A stretch of 64,000 nt of DNA from contig JASANG010003005.1 in NCBI GenBank assembly GCA_030248215.1, positions 248,001 through 312,000 of the forward strand, written 5' to 3'. Position numbers and translations under genes: made by a program. Positions within the stretch are counted from its first letter, which is position 1; each line of letters opens with the position of its first letter. Under the pieces are notes generated by a model. That model was not told where the DNA came from, made no database searches, and worked only from the letters and a program-made list of their open reading frames with translations. This document shows, in pieces, positions 1 to 13,287 of this stretch. The DNA is from Enoplolaimus lenunculus. Its lineage: Eukaryota.

Positions 1-189
1 AAATTTATTGGAAACCCAGCATTGCCTTACTGGTCTATTGACTATAAGTATTACAGATCCAGTTTTTATGGGAACAAAGTAAACATTAAGTGGCCAATGT
101 ATAGCACAGGGGCTTCCAGTTTTCCACGGTGGAAAACTTACAACCAGGAGTGCAGCGCAGCCACTCCTGTATGACGGCTAAATTTTCCA

Positions 190-2447
190 CTGATTTGGTA
201 GGAAAATTAAAAAAATTTAATGCCTAGATTTTACCTTGGGTTGGTAGGGAAATCTGAAGCAAAGGTTTTGGTTGGAAAACGGGAAAAGTGGAAAATTCTA
301 ATGCCTAGATTTTCCCCTGGGTTGGTAGGGAAAATCCGAAGCATAGGTGTTGGTTGGAAAACGGGAAAAGTGTAAAATTCTAATGCCTACATTTTTCCCC
401 TGGGTTGGTAGGAAACTCAGAAGCGTAGGTTTTGGTTGGAAAACGGGAAAAGTGGAAAATTGAAATGCCTAGATATTTTCTTGGTTAGTAAGAAATATCT
501 GAAGCAAAGGTTTTGGTTGAAAAGCGGGAAAAGTGGAAAATTCAATCGTAAGGCATATGTTTTGGTTGGAAAACGGGAAAAGTGTAAAATTTTAATGCCT
601 AGATTTTTACGCTGGGTTGGTAGGGAAATCTGAAGCATTAGGTTTTGGTTGGAAAACGGGGAAAGTGGAAAATTCTAATGCCTAGTATTTAATTCTGGAT
701 TGGTAGGGAAAATCTGAAGCACAGGTTTTGGTTGGAAAACAGGAAAAGTGGAATATTCTAATGCCTAGATTTTTACCCTGGGTTGGTAGGGAAAATTTGA
801 AGCATAGGTTTTGGTTGGAAAACAGGAAAAGTGGAAAATTGAAATGCCTAGATACTTTTTTGGTTAGTAAGAGAAATCTAAAGCGATGGTTGGAAAACGG
901 GAAAAGTGGAAAAGTGGAAAATTCAAGCGTAGGGCATAGGTTTTGGTTGGAAAACGGGAAAAGTGGAAAATTCTAATGCCTAGAGTTTTCCCCTGGTTGG
1001 TAAGGAAAATCTGAAGCATAGGTTTTGGTTGGAAAACGGGAAAAGTGGAAAATTCTAATGCCTGGATTTTTTCGCTGGGTTGGTAGGGAAAATCTGAAGC
1101 ATACGTTTTGATTGGAAAACGGGAAAAGTGGAAAATTCCAATGCCTAGATTTTTATCCTGGGTTGGTAGGGAAAACCTGAAGCAAAGGTTTCAGTTGGAA
1201 AACGGGAAAAGTGGAAAATTCTAATGCCTAGATTTTTTCGCTGGGTTGGTAGGGAAAACCTGAAGCAAAGGTTTCGGTTGGAAAACGGGAAAACTGGAAA
1301 ATTCAAGCGTAAGGCATAGGTTTTGATTGGAAAACAGGAAAAGTGGAAAATTTTAATGCTTAGATTTACCCTGGCTTGGTAGGGAAAATCTGAAGTATAG
1401 ATTTTGGTTGGAAAACGGGAAAAGTGGAAAATTTAAAGGCCTAGATTTACCTTAGGTTGGTAGGGAAAATATGAAGCATAGGTTTTGGTTGGAAAATGGG
1501 AAAAGTGGAAAATTCAAAGGTCTAGATTTACCTTAGGTTGGTAGGGAAAGTCTGAAGCATAAGTTTTGGTTGGAAAACGGGAAAGTGGAAAATTTAAAGG
1601 CCTAGATTTACCTTCGGTTGGTAGGGAAAATCTGAAGCATAGGTTTTGGTTGGAAAATGGGAAAAGTGGAAAATTTAAAGACCTAGATTTACCTTAGGTT
1701 GGTAGGGAATATATGAAGCATAGGTTTTGGTTGGAAAATGGAAAAGTGGAAAATTTAAAGGCCTAGATTTACCTTAGGTTGGTAGGGAAAATCTGAAGCA
1801 TAGGTTTTGGTTGGAAAACGGGAAAAGTGGAAAATTTAAAGGCCTAGATTTACCTTCGGTTGGTAGGGAAAATCTGAAGCATAGGTAGGTTTTGGTTGGA
1901 AAATGGGAAAAGTAGAAAATTTAAAGACCTAGATTTACCTTAGGTTGGAAGGGAATATATGAAGCATAGGTTTTGGTTGGAAAATGGGAAAAGTGGAAAA
2001 TTTAAAGGCCTAGATTTACCTTAGGTTGGTACGGAAAATCTGAAGTATAGATTTTGGTTGGAAAACGGGAAAAGTGGAAAATTTAAAGGCCTAGATTTAC
2101 CTTAGGTTGGTAGGGAATATATGAAGCATAGGTTTTGGTTGGAAAATGGGAAAAGTGGAAAATTTAAAGGCCTAGATTTACCTTAGGTTGGTAGGGAAAA
2201 TCTGAAGCATAGGTTTTGGTTGGAAAACGGGAAAAGTGGAAAACTTAAAGGCCTAAATTTACCTTGAGGCACGCAAATTACCCACTCCCGGCACGGGGAG
2301 GTAGTGACGAAAAATAACGAGACGGTTCTCTTAGAAATAGGTTGGTAGGGAAAATCTGAAGCATAGGTTTTGGTTGAATAACGGGAAAAGTGGAAATTTA
2401 AAGGCCTAGATTTACCTTAGGTTGGTAGGGAAAATCTGAAGCATAGG
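190..2447 (+). repeat. ~81-84 bp tandem satellite, left arm of the foldback element (~27 units)
   Basis: Unit GGGAAAAGTGGAAAATTTAAAGGCCTAGATTTACCTTAGGTTGGTAGGGAAAATCTGAAGCATAGGTTTTGGTTGGAAAAC; period 81 measured at 1417/1498. Confidence 0.95.
2267..2335 (+). pseudogene. Short 18S rRNA fragment inserted in a satellite unit
   Basis: AGGCACGCAAATTACCCACTCCCGGCACGGGGAGGTAGTGACGAAAAATAACGAGACGGTTCTC matches the conserved metazoan SSU rRNA segment following GGCAGCAGG (recognised from memory). It interrupts the unit between TTTACCTT and AGGTTGG. Confidence 0.9.
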
Positions 2448-2514
2448 TCGTTGAAATGATATTTAACTTGTTAATTTTAGCAAATATCTGCTATGTGTTG
2501 TTAAATCGTTCCAT

Positions 2515-3300
2515 TGGAATTTGCTACTTTTCCCATTTTACAAACAAAACCTATGCTTTAGATTTTTCCTTCCAACCAAGGGGAAATCTAGACGTAGAAA
2601 TTTTCCACTTTTCCCGTTTTAAAAACAAAACCAATGCTTCAGAATTTTCCTACCAACCCAGGGTAAATTTAGGCGTTTAAATTTTCCAATTTTCCCGTTT
2701 TCCAAACAAAACCTATGCTGCAGATTTTCCCTACCAACCAAGGGAAAATCTAGGCGTTTAAATTTTCCACTTTTTCCGTTTTCCAACCAAAACCTTTGCT
2801 TCAAATTTTCCCTACCAACCCAGGAATAATGTAAGCTTTTAAAATTTCCACTTTTCCCGTTTTCCAAACAAACTTTTACACTACAGATTTTCGCTACCAA
2901 CCAAGGGAAAATCAAGGCGTTCAAATTTTCCACTTTTCCCGTTTTCCAACCGAAACCTATGCTTCAAATTTTCCCTACCAACCCAGGAATAATGTAAGCT
3001 TTAAAATTTTCCACTTTTCCCGTTTTCCAAACAAACTTTACACTACAGATTTTCCCTACCAACCAAGGAAAAATCAAGGCGTTCAAATTTTCCACTTTTC
3101 CCGTTTTCCAACCAAAACCTATGCTTCAAATTTTCCATACCAACCCAGGAATAATGTAAGCTTTAAAATTTTCCACTTTTCCCGTTTTCCAAACAAACTT
3201 TATACTACAGATTTTCCCTACCGAACCATAGAATATGCAGGCTTATGAATTTTCCACTTTTCCACAGCAAAACCTATGCCCGCGATTTTTCCTACCAACC
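2515..3300 (-). repeat. Same satellite in inverted orientation, right arm (~9 units, partly dimeric higher-order repeat)
   Basis: Reverse complement of the left-arm unit (TTTTCCACTTTTCCCGTTTTCCAACC...). CAGGAATAATGTAAGC and CAAGGGAAAATCAAGGCG variants alternate. Confidence 0.9.
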
Positions 3301-4186
3301 AGTGAAAAATCAGGTCGTCATACAGGAGTGGCTGCGATGCACTCCTGGTCATAACTTTTCCACCCTGGAAAAGTGGAAGCCCCTGATCTATACATGGGCC
3401 CATTAAGTGAAATTTCTTGCAAAACACATTTAAGTGCTAGATATAAAAATTTGCCATTAAACTCAGGCTATTTGTACGCATTCTGTAAGACACTCCGCCA
3501 ATCCGATTCGAAACAGGTTGTTCAACATATCACTACTATTCAACATCTACGTCCACGAATTCTGGTTTATTCTAACAACACTTTGAAACTAACCTTTACC
3601 CGTACATTCCTAAGCTATTCCTTCATTAACCATGTTTAGTGTTTTTGTTTACTTTCCTATGTATTGTAGAGACGCCTTTATTTACATTTTAAGAAACTCT
3701 GTTTTGATAATATATTGCGATACCACATTGGTGCATTATAACCAACATAAAATTTACGTGCATAATGCATATGCAAATCAAAAATTGAGCGAACAACCAT
3801 CTAAACACGACCTCGCTGAGGCCAGGTCGCGAAAAATCCGCTGCTTATGTCCAGAAAAATTTGTAAAGCGTCGAAAAAACCATAAAATAACCAGAAAAAT
3901 TGTCTAAATTTTAAGCATGCACTCTTGCAGTTTATAGGAAAACGGAATGGCTCTAAAAATAGAATGGGTCCAAAATTTGCTAAAAAAATCAGACAAAAAG
4001 TTTGAAGAAACCTGAAGCAGATTTCCTTTTGGATCCAAGGGGGGATGAGAAGGGGTGGTGATGAAACTTATTTCCTGCCTAATTTGCTAGTTTCGGCCGG
4101 TTTTCTAAAAAATATTAAAAAATCGCATAACTGATCATCCTTGATGCTGACAATCTCAGCGTGTAACTAATTGACTTTCAATAATA

Positions 4187-4387
4187 CACTGCAAAAAATG
4201 GTGAGTCAAATTGACTCTCTCCGAAATAGGCTTTTCCCGACTACACAAACTGAGTCAAAATTCGACTCTGCCTGAGTCAAATTCGACTCAATTTGACTCG
4301 GGCGGAGTCGAATTTTGACTCAGTTTGTGTAGTCAGAAAAAGCATATTTTGGAAAGAGTCAATTTGACTAACCATTTTTTTGCACTG
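4187..4387. mobile_element. CACTG-ended palindromic MITE family A (CMC/EnSpm-like, 2-bp TSD)
   Basis: CACTGCAAAAAATGGTGAGTCAAATTGACTC... with inverted end. Other copies: 7342-7534 (TG/TG), 9757-9976, 12431-12653 (TA/TA), 13316-13362, 24918-25117, 25278-25429, 27978-28106, 46737-47075, 53188-53419 (TA/TA). Confidence 0.8.
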
Positions 4388-4419
4388 TGCCCCTTTGAAA
4401 AAAACTACGCAAACTGCAG

Positions 4420-5055
4420 GATCTTTTCGGTTATCCCCCAGCCGGCGTTTGCCCAATGGTGGCGGGATTTTGAAAATTGTTACATATTTGAGCTTCTCTC
4501 TCATAATCTCTCCTGATTATTTCACGACCACAGTTGAATTTTTGAGCATTTTTTTATTGTCCAGCGTACCCCCTTGGGACCCGAATTTATTTTGTTATAA
4601 TTTTGTGATAAAATTTGACAAATTATACACCATTCGATGCAGCCTGTCGAACTGAGTCCAATTGCGTTGAACTTTCCACGGGCAAACGTCTGGTTATTAA
4701 ACGAGTTATGATCAAATACATTATTTGGAACCGCTCCAAATCGTTGGCAGCGCGTCAAGTAAAGTATTTGACCATAAATATCGTTAGTCAGGCGTTTGGA
4801 TATAGAAAATTTAACACAGCTGACTCAGCTCCACAAGCTGCATCGAATGGTATAAAATTTGTCTAAGTTTTTAACAAAAAATAGGTGCCACGAGGGAACC
4901 TTGGGACCTTAAAAAATCAAATTTTTCAAAAATTCAAATTTGGACGTGGAATGACCAGGGTACGTTAATATGCTAAGTTCAAATATGCAAAAAGTTTCAA
5001 AATCAAACCATCTTTGGGCAAACACTGGTGAAGGGGATACCCGAACAGAACCAAA
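4420..5055. mobile_element. Long palindromic MITE family C (degenerate, superfamily unassigned)
   Basis: Inverted arms GTTATCCCCCAG...TTTGCCCAA / TTTGGGCAAACACTGG...GGGGATAC. Related copies at ~49145-49650 and ~7075-7615, the latter interrupted by a family A MITE. Confidence 0.6.
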
Positions 5056-5280
5056 AAATTGACCCCCATTATGTTCCTCATATCACCGCCCCTGCTTGGA
5101 TCCGAATGCGGTTGAAGTTTTCATGCAAGTAGCAAATGAACGGCCGGCGAGATGGTTGAATTCCAGCTTACGAATTTAGTGAAATTTTAAACTTTAGTGA
5201 AATTTTAAAATTTTAAAATTATATAACAAGTGTTGTTATTTTAGCTAAGCGTTCGTAATATATAAATCTTCATCCAAAAA

Positions 5281-8200
5281 ATGGTTATTATTGTTAATAC
5301 TCAATCCTCAGGTAGTGTACAAAAGACTGAAGAATCAATGCTTGTTTCTATCTGTGTTGGCGGGCGGGCGTTTACGTTTTTACGCTCAACATTTGAAAAC
5401 TGCCAACGAATATCTGGAACCAAATTTGCTACCATTTTTGCGTTAAACAATGAGTGTAAGTGTTAAATATCTTGAATTGCGGTGTATAGTGTCTACTAAT
5501 CTGCTCCGCAGTAAAACAAGGCTTATGTAAAATCAGAGGCGGAACGTTTTTCTGAATAGATTAAGCTTAAGCTTTAGACTAATTTTTTTGCTTGGCTTAG
5601 GCTTAGGCTTAGGAATATGCTCATTCTGACGCTTAGGCTTATTCTTAGGAATATGCTTATAATACTTGCACGTTTTCTTTACATTGGCCCACAGCAAAGG
5701 TTTCCATGTGCCAGCAAGATTATATACTTGCATTCGAAATCTATGCCGCTTTTACAGCAAAGATATAAGATTTCCAAACTCAACCGTCTATTCCATTGTC
5801 ACGTCAAAAAATAGACATCAAATTGGATCAGTTGTATCGCTGTCCAATCTAGCAACAATTGGCTTCAAGCCTGTGATACTTTTGAAAAATGTTCCATCTC
5901 TGGTATCACAACAATTCGTCGCCCGACAACTGGTCGCATGACAACTTGTAATGCGAAATTATATCGACTCGCTCAATTTGTCGCCTACCATTATGCTTAG
6001 GATCCCGGCTTAGGCTCACGATTACGCATAGGATTATGATTAGATTTATCCAGAGGCTTTTAGACGCTATAGAGCGACCAGTTGTCGGCCGACAAATTGT
6101 CGTAGATTCGCCATCTCTACATAGAGTTTATGCTATGAGAAACTTTAGCGCAAACTGTGTACGCAAAATTGTGCACAATGCGCAGTGTGTCCTACTAAAC
6201 AATTATTACGCGTTTCCGTAATCTAAATAACGTCAAAGACCCCTCGAGCTCGAGCGCCAAGCTTCTATTGCAGAGCGGTAATCGTAAACGCCACCCACGC
6301 GAGAGTCGCGAGTACGAATCCTCGTATAAACAAATTTGTTAATGTTTCATTATTTTACAATCACCGTGCGCAAAAATTTAATCAGAGCAACACAATTTAC
6401 TTTTATTTCGTAACTTGTGTTTATCCAAAAAATGGCCAATGTTACTTATAGAGCCGTAACAGTAGATTAAGCGTATTCCTAAGCCTAAGCCTAAGCCTAA
6501 GCTTAAGCTTAAGCAAAAAATGTAGTCTAGAATGTAAGCCTACTCTTTAACAGATCTTCCAGAAACCGGGACGGCCCTAAAAATAACATGGGTCCAAAAA
6601 ATTATGCTGTAAAAATTGCAAAACTTCTGCTTTCGTAAATAATATTTGAAGCGCTCTTTATATTGAACTTTAGTAATTCATTTCAGCTCGGAGCGCAAAG
6701 CGGATCAACCGTGACAGCGCCAACCAAAATTCGTTCCCAAGTCAAATTCAGTATTCTTTTAATCGTGATCCTGTCGTATTTGAATGCATCTATCAGTACG
6801 TTGTATGTGGGATGTTGCACAAACCACCATATGTTTGTGACGATGCAATGAAGGTATGAAAGTTAGTTCTGGCGATGTAGAATGTCTGCTTAGAGAGAAA
6901 ATAATTTAAATATTTGAATATTTTTTCGATTTCAAACTCTAGTGCTAAAATGTAAGTTTTGCGGTCACGTTTCTGGTTTTTACAACTGTCATTTGCTCGT
7001 ATAACAACTATGAGTTGTAGCCCAACAGCCGAAATTTTACAGAATATAAAGCAAAAGTTTTCACCGTCAAAGCAAATTTTGACTGGTTATCGAGTTTGGC
7101 CAGATAACTGCTTCAGCGCGCTACTAGTGGTTTGATTATAACTGGTTAAACCAGAGTTCTGATTTCAAAAATTTTAACACCATTCGACCTCAGTTCCCCA
7201 AACTATGTCAAATGGTATTATCTAATTTATATTACATTGTGGTAAAAAATGGTTTGGTTTCTGTAAGGGAACCTCAGGACGTTAAAAATGAAATTTTTTG
7301 AAAGTTCAAATTTGCGTGTGAAATGATCACGAGAGGTCATGCACTACAAAAAATGATAAGTCAAACGGACTTTCTCCGAAATACGCTTTTCGGGACTACA
7401 CAAACTGAGTCAAATTCGACTCCGTCAGAGTCAAATGCGACTAACTGAGCGACTGTGGTGAATCGAATTTGACTCCGCAAGCGGGAAAAGCCTATTTCAG
7501 AGAAAGTCAATTTGACTCACCATTTTTTGCAGTGTGAGAAGTTGAAATATGCAAAAAAATTTCAAATCCGACAATGGTTGCGCAAACTCCGGTTTTGAGG
7601 ATAACGTAGACCCGAATTTTTTCGTAACATTGTTTGCCAACTCCTGTATTAAATAGACGCCGTGACGGTACTGATTTTGTGCAGTTTTAAATGTGTCAGG
7701 ACGAACTTACGTTTTGGAATATTAAAGTGTCGGAGTTACAAGAGTCGGCAACGGCCATGGTCCAGCAATGCTCCTGTGTCAGTAACGTATTCCCAAAGCG
7801 TCGCTATTCTCGAGTCGCATTTGGATCTGGTGCGACTGTCCCAGTTGTAACCTGGAAAGACGAACCTGTTCGGATCACTGATGTTAACGTTCCGTTATCG
7901 GTCAAATGCCGATACTTAAAACAACGATTGTGGCATATTTTTGATGGACAAGATACCACCTGGTTGGGATACGTTAGTTGGTTTTTCCGAAATATATTTT
8001 ACAATATATTGTTATAAAACTTTTTAGGCCCATGTATAGAACAGGGCCGGATCGTTTACCGAAGATGCTATAATAGAGTCAGTTTAAGCTTTTGACTGAT
8101 TTTTTTGGCTTAGGCTTAGGATTAGGCTTAGACTACGGAATAGGCTCATCTGTATGCTTCGGCTTAGGCTTAGGCTTAGGACTATGCTTATACTACTGTT

Positions 8201-11200
8201 CCGGCCCTGTTCTATATATGGGCCAAAACTTTATATAACAAGTTATTTTGACTGAAAACCAAATATATAGTCACCGCAGGCTAAACTCGAAGATAATAAT
8301 TTTCAAAAATGCTTTACGATTAATTTTAATTAATTTAAACTCAACGTAAGTCTGCCACGCTTACAAGCAGGCGTCTAGCAAGAATTTGTAATTGAAAGTG
8401 TGTTAGATGTTGGATTAGAGGGATAGAACCCCAAACAATCCTTTGACTAGAACAAGAGTCGCTGTCCACGGGCGGTGACAAAAAGTTATCGCTGACGATT
8501 TGAGAAATGTGCTTTCAAAAATACATTATAATGTTGGCACTGCTATCCTATACGGTATTCTGCACTAAAGCTGCTAACGAATGTCCACAAGTTTGTTCTT
8601 ATACGTAGGCTATGCTGAAAATGGTCAATGTTACTGTTAGGACTGTAGCAGTAGATTACGCATATTCCTATTCCTCAGCCTAAAGACTAAGCGTTGAGAA
8701 AGTGGACTCCTAAGCCTAGGCCTAACCTACGCAAAAAATGTAGCCTACAATCTAAGCCTACTCTTTTACATACCCACCAGAAACCGAGACGGCCCTGCAA
8801 GTATTAACGTGGACCCTGAAAATAGTACTGCTGAATTTTAGGTACACCACTGTGTCAAAAATTCTAGTTCAGAATTTTCAATAAAAATCGTTCTTATATA
8901 TCTAAAACACATAACCTTTTTGAAGACTGCCGCTAGCGAAAATCAAAGTCACCGCCTGAGGGCGGCGACAAAAATATAGACCAGCGGTAAAGCCGTGATG
9001 CTTGATTTTTACTCAAATTTTGAATCCGTGCTCTGGTATACCTACTTCCCCTACGTTTCTAAAGCTTAAGCTTAGGGAAGTTTTTTCTGAACCTAAACCT
9101 AAGCCTAAGTCTTGATGCTAAGACTAGTTTGTGTGGGGAAAATTGGTAGGTTAAGATGCGTTAATGTTGTTTTGTAATTTTTTTTCTACTTCTTTCTATT
9201 TTCAGTCAATACTTTTGCTTTCAATTGCGTTTGTAATCTTAAATATTGCGATTATTATTTGGGATTCACTGCCTGGGCACCAATGGTCGAGTGTTTTGGA
9301 TGGACTCGGCAGACCAATTAACACGTCGTACCAAGGACACCTAATGAACCTAAGTTCGCTCAGACGAGATGAAAATAGTCAATTCAACAGAACAAGTACA
9401 GATGATGGTAAGACGACTTCGTTTTTGGTGAACAGCAACTTGGCCAGGATATGTCGTTGTTAAGGAATGACCTCAAAAACCTTTTATGATCTCAAAAAGA
9501 ATAAGAAATTAATAATTGCAGATGATGCAAAAAGTAATTTTTTTGTCCAAAAATTTCACAAGGATATATCTGCGCTTTTAAGTCTGCTCCTTAATATATG
9601 GGCCTTTCTCCGGGTATACCGGATATCCTTGTTCGTTGTTTCCGGTAAAAATCTTTAAACCCTCTTATGGGTACTAAAACATTTTCGGAAGGGTAATAAA
9701 ATTGTTTGACTGATAAGGATAATAAAAAGAAATTAATTTAGGCGTCTCGGTCCTTGCACTGTAAAAATGGTGAGTCAAATTGACTCTCTCGGAAATAGGC
9801 TTTTCCTGACTACACAAACTGAGTCGAAATTCGACTCCGCCATAGTCAAATTCGACTCACTGAACGATTCAGCGAATCGAATTTGACTCTGGCGGAGTCG
9901 AATTTTGACTCAGTTTGTGTCGTCAGGAAAAGCCTATTTCCGAGGGAGTCAATTTGATTCGCCATTTTTTGCAGTGTATGGGATTCAAGCGTTCCTCTTA
10001 TACTACTATCAGTTATTTTGCCTTTATGATAATGAAATTTTTTGTAGCATTTTGCTTGTTTTACTTCGTTTACAAACTTGAACTAAAATTGTACCTATGT
10101 AACATTTGAAAAATTATTATAACTAAATATTTTTGCGTTGACCCTATCTTTACACGTGTCACAAATTGCTCGTTAAAACATAATGTAGACGCAAATTCGA
10201 CGTAATTTTTTTCGTTGAAGCCCGATCATCGAAAAATTTTCGTTGAGGAAGGGTTAACAGCTTGCTGTTACTGGTCATCTCTGACAATTTTTGTGGCAAT
10301 GACAAATATGATATTGTGAACGGCGTCTCGAACCAAGCAGGTAAATCGTAAATGAGATGACAGTAATGTTTAGTGCGGTTTGAACTGGGACATCAGACCT
10401 TTCTACTAAGCAGCTTAAAAAGCGGGCCTCCAGAGTATCGAACTCTCAGCTTACGGATCCTTAAGCGAACACTCTACCACTGCGCCATACAGCCCGCGTG
10501 TCCAACTGCATTTTTCGTCGACTATACAGTGTCGATCGTATGCTGCCAGCCAAGCATACATACACTGCACTGCACTATATTTCAAGTGCACATATAACGG
10601 ACAAGTACGTCTCACATGCTTACAACGAGCAAGCCGTATATTTGACATTTAGGCTCAATTCGATTTTTGTTCTTTTTAATTCCAACCAAACAGATATCAG
10701 AACATATTTGATTGGACAATATTCGAATTTTTAGACCAGAAACTGGCAACAGCTCAAGCGTTCTGGATAACTGATTGGGTGTGCAACGCGTGGTTTACAT
10801 TAGAACTTTTGGTCAAATGTTTGACTGCGCCAAGCTTACGGTATCTGGCAACCGATGTTTTGTTCGTTATTGATGTACTTGCCGTGCTTCCATCTTACAT
10901 TACTCTGCTTACAACGTTGATTTTAGCAAAATTAGATTCAACTCATTTTCAGGTTACGGTAATTTAAATAACTTTTTAAAGTCATTATCCTACTTATGTT
11001 CAAACGGACGTTTGGATCCATTTACTCAGTATCTTAATATCGACCTGCTCCGGTTTCTATATTATTTTTGGACCATGTAAAGATCAGGCGACGGAGACTT
11101 TTGTCTGTGACACTAGAATAGAGTAAACTTAAGGTTTAGACTATTTTTTGCTTGGCTTATGCATAGGCTTAGGCTTAGGCTTAGAAATATGCTCATTTTT

Positions 11201-13192
11201 ACACTTAGGTTTAGGCTTAGGCTTAGGCTTAGGCTTAGAAATATGCTCATTTTTACACTTAGGTTTAGGCTTAGGCTTAGGCTTAGAAATATGCTCATTT
11301 TTACACTTAGGCTTAGGCTTAGGCTTAGAAATATGCTCATTTTTACACTTAGACTTAGGCTTAGGCTTAGAAATATGCTCATTTTTACACTTAGGTTTAG
11401 GCTTAGGCTTAGGCTTAGAAATATGCTCATTTTTACACTTAGGCTTAGACTTAGGCTTAGGCTTAGGCTTAGAAATATGCTCATTTTTACACTTAGGCTT
11501 AGACTTAGGCTTAGGCTTAGAAATATGCTCATTTTTACACTTAGGCTTAGGCTTACGCTTTAGGCTTAGGCTTAGCACGATGCTTACATTGGCCTTATTT
11601 TTTGATGCAATTTTCGGAGTTTTGGTACCGAAATTGTATTTTTTTTGTTTAATTTTTGAACGTTGCGTTCAATAATTTAGTTTATCGTTCGGTAATTTAT
11701 AACTTTTCGAAAGAATACTTTCTTATTAAACAGCGTGTAAAAATATTGACGAATTTTTAACGTCCGTTGTAAAAAGTTACAATTTGAGCATCAGTTGAAC
11801 TCGTGGTCTGCCCAGCGTTCAGCTTTGGCAATTCTTGCAAAGGTTCACTTTCCACTCAGCTGTTTTTTAATCATCTGTTGCAGCGGATAGTTACTATTAA
11901 GTATCAGGTGCGTAGCCAGGGGGATCAGACGTAGCTCAGTAGTTAGAGCAGCGGACCAGTAATCCGTACGTCGTGGGTTCGAGCCCCACCGTATCCGCAG
12001 TAAAATTTTCGCACACGGCTCTATATCGTACTGCTTAACTTAGAATTTACATACACTAATATTGCTTTGATAGAATGAAAACGCGTTTCATACACTACTG
12101 CTTATTATTGTTCTCTTATTCCCTAACCTTATTCTGAGGGTTATTAAGCTTATGCTAACCTTAACCTTAAACCTAAACCTATTTATCCAATCGGCAAATG
12201 TTACTTTTAGGGCCATAACAGTAAAATAAAGATATTCTTAAGCCTAAGCCTAAGCGTTGGAAAAACTGTATTTCCAAAGTTAAGCTTAAGTTTAAGCAAA
12301 AAATGCAGTCTAGAATGTAAACGTACTCTTTTACAGACACACCGGAAACCGCGTCTGCCCTAACATGGACCATCCAATCATTGCCTGTTTCATTAGTCCA
12401 ATCATTATGGATGGGAAATCTTTTTGCCTACACTGCAAAAAATGGTGAGTCAAATTACCTCTCCGAAATAAGCTTTTCGGGATTACACCAGCTGAGTCAA
12501 ATTCGTCTCCGCCAGAGTCAAATTTGACTCACTGAGCGATTCTCATTGAGTCGAATTTGACTTCGGCGGAGTCGCATTTTGACTCAGTTTGTGTACTCAG
12601 ACAAAAGCCTATTTCGGAGACAGTCAATTTGACTCACCATTTCTTTTGCAGTGTATAGGAAAATAAACAAATGCCCAATTTGCAGCAAAAATCAACATCG
12701 CAATAGGAGTTAGGAAATTAGCTCGAAAACGTTTTACCATTTTTAGCTCTTAAAAATGCTTCGGGTTGTGCGTGCAGTTCGTATTGTGCGTATACTGAAG
12801 CTTGCAAAACTTGATGACAGTTTTCGAATCATGACACTTGTTGGGCGTCGGATTGCACCTGATATTGCACTGTTTGTGGTGTATCTTGCAGTTGCAACTT
12901 TGTTTTTTGGAACAATACTTTACTACATCGAGGGACACAATCCGGACTCTCGCTATCAAACTATTATGTCAGGAGTGTTCTGGGCAGTCGGTTAGTCAGG
13001 ATGCCGCTATACTTTTTGATCATTATGATGCCTTTCAATGTCGTTGGCCGTCGTACGCCACCGTACGCCAACGCATATGCATTGCCTCAAGGTATTGCGT
13101 AGCAGTGTGTAAGCAAAAATTATTTAACTTGCGGTGACGGTCGGCGCTTGTGGCAATTGTGGGCCCATTGATATAGAACAGGACCGGAACGC

Positions 13193-13287
<95 letters not shown>

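Larger units (their letters stand above)
92..3400. mobile_element. Foldback-type non-autonomous DNA transposon (Merlin-like ends) with inverted satellite arms
   Basis: Ends GGCCAATGTATAGCACAGGGGC (92) and GCCCCTGATCTATACATGGGCC (3400). Perfect 8-bp TSD CATTAAGT at 84-91 and 3401-3408. Inverted subterminal blocks ~110-200 and ~3290-3385 contain a CAGGAGTG...CACTCCTG hairpin. Confidence 0.85.

Noticed and set aside
190..2447. CRISPR-like array interpretation (repeats plus one foreign insert)
   Set aside because: Units are contiguous tandem repeats without unique spacers, the context is eukaryotic, and no cas genes are present.
417..2933. ORFs with repeated ENGKSGK motifs
   Set aside because: Translations of the 81-bp satellite, with frequent stops and frameshifts.
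11113..11675. LRLRLR / SLSLSL / KPKPKP / LGLGLG ORFs (also ~32.6, 40.5, 42.0, 53.8 and 62.9 kb)
   Set aside because: TTAGGC repeats read open in several frames; they lie inside MITEs.
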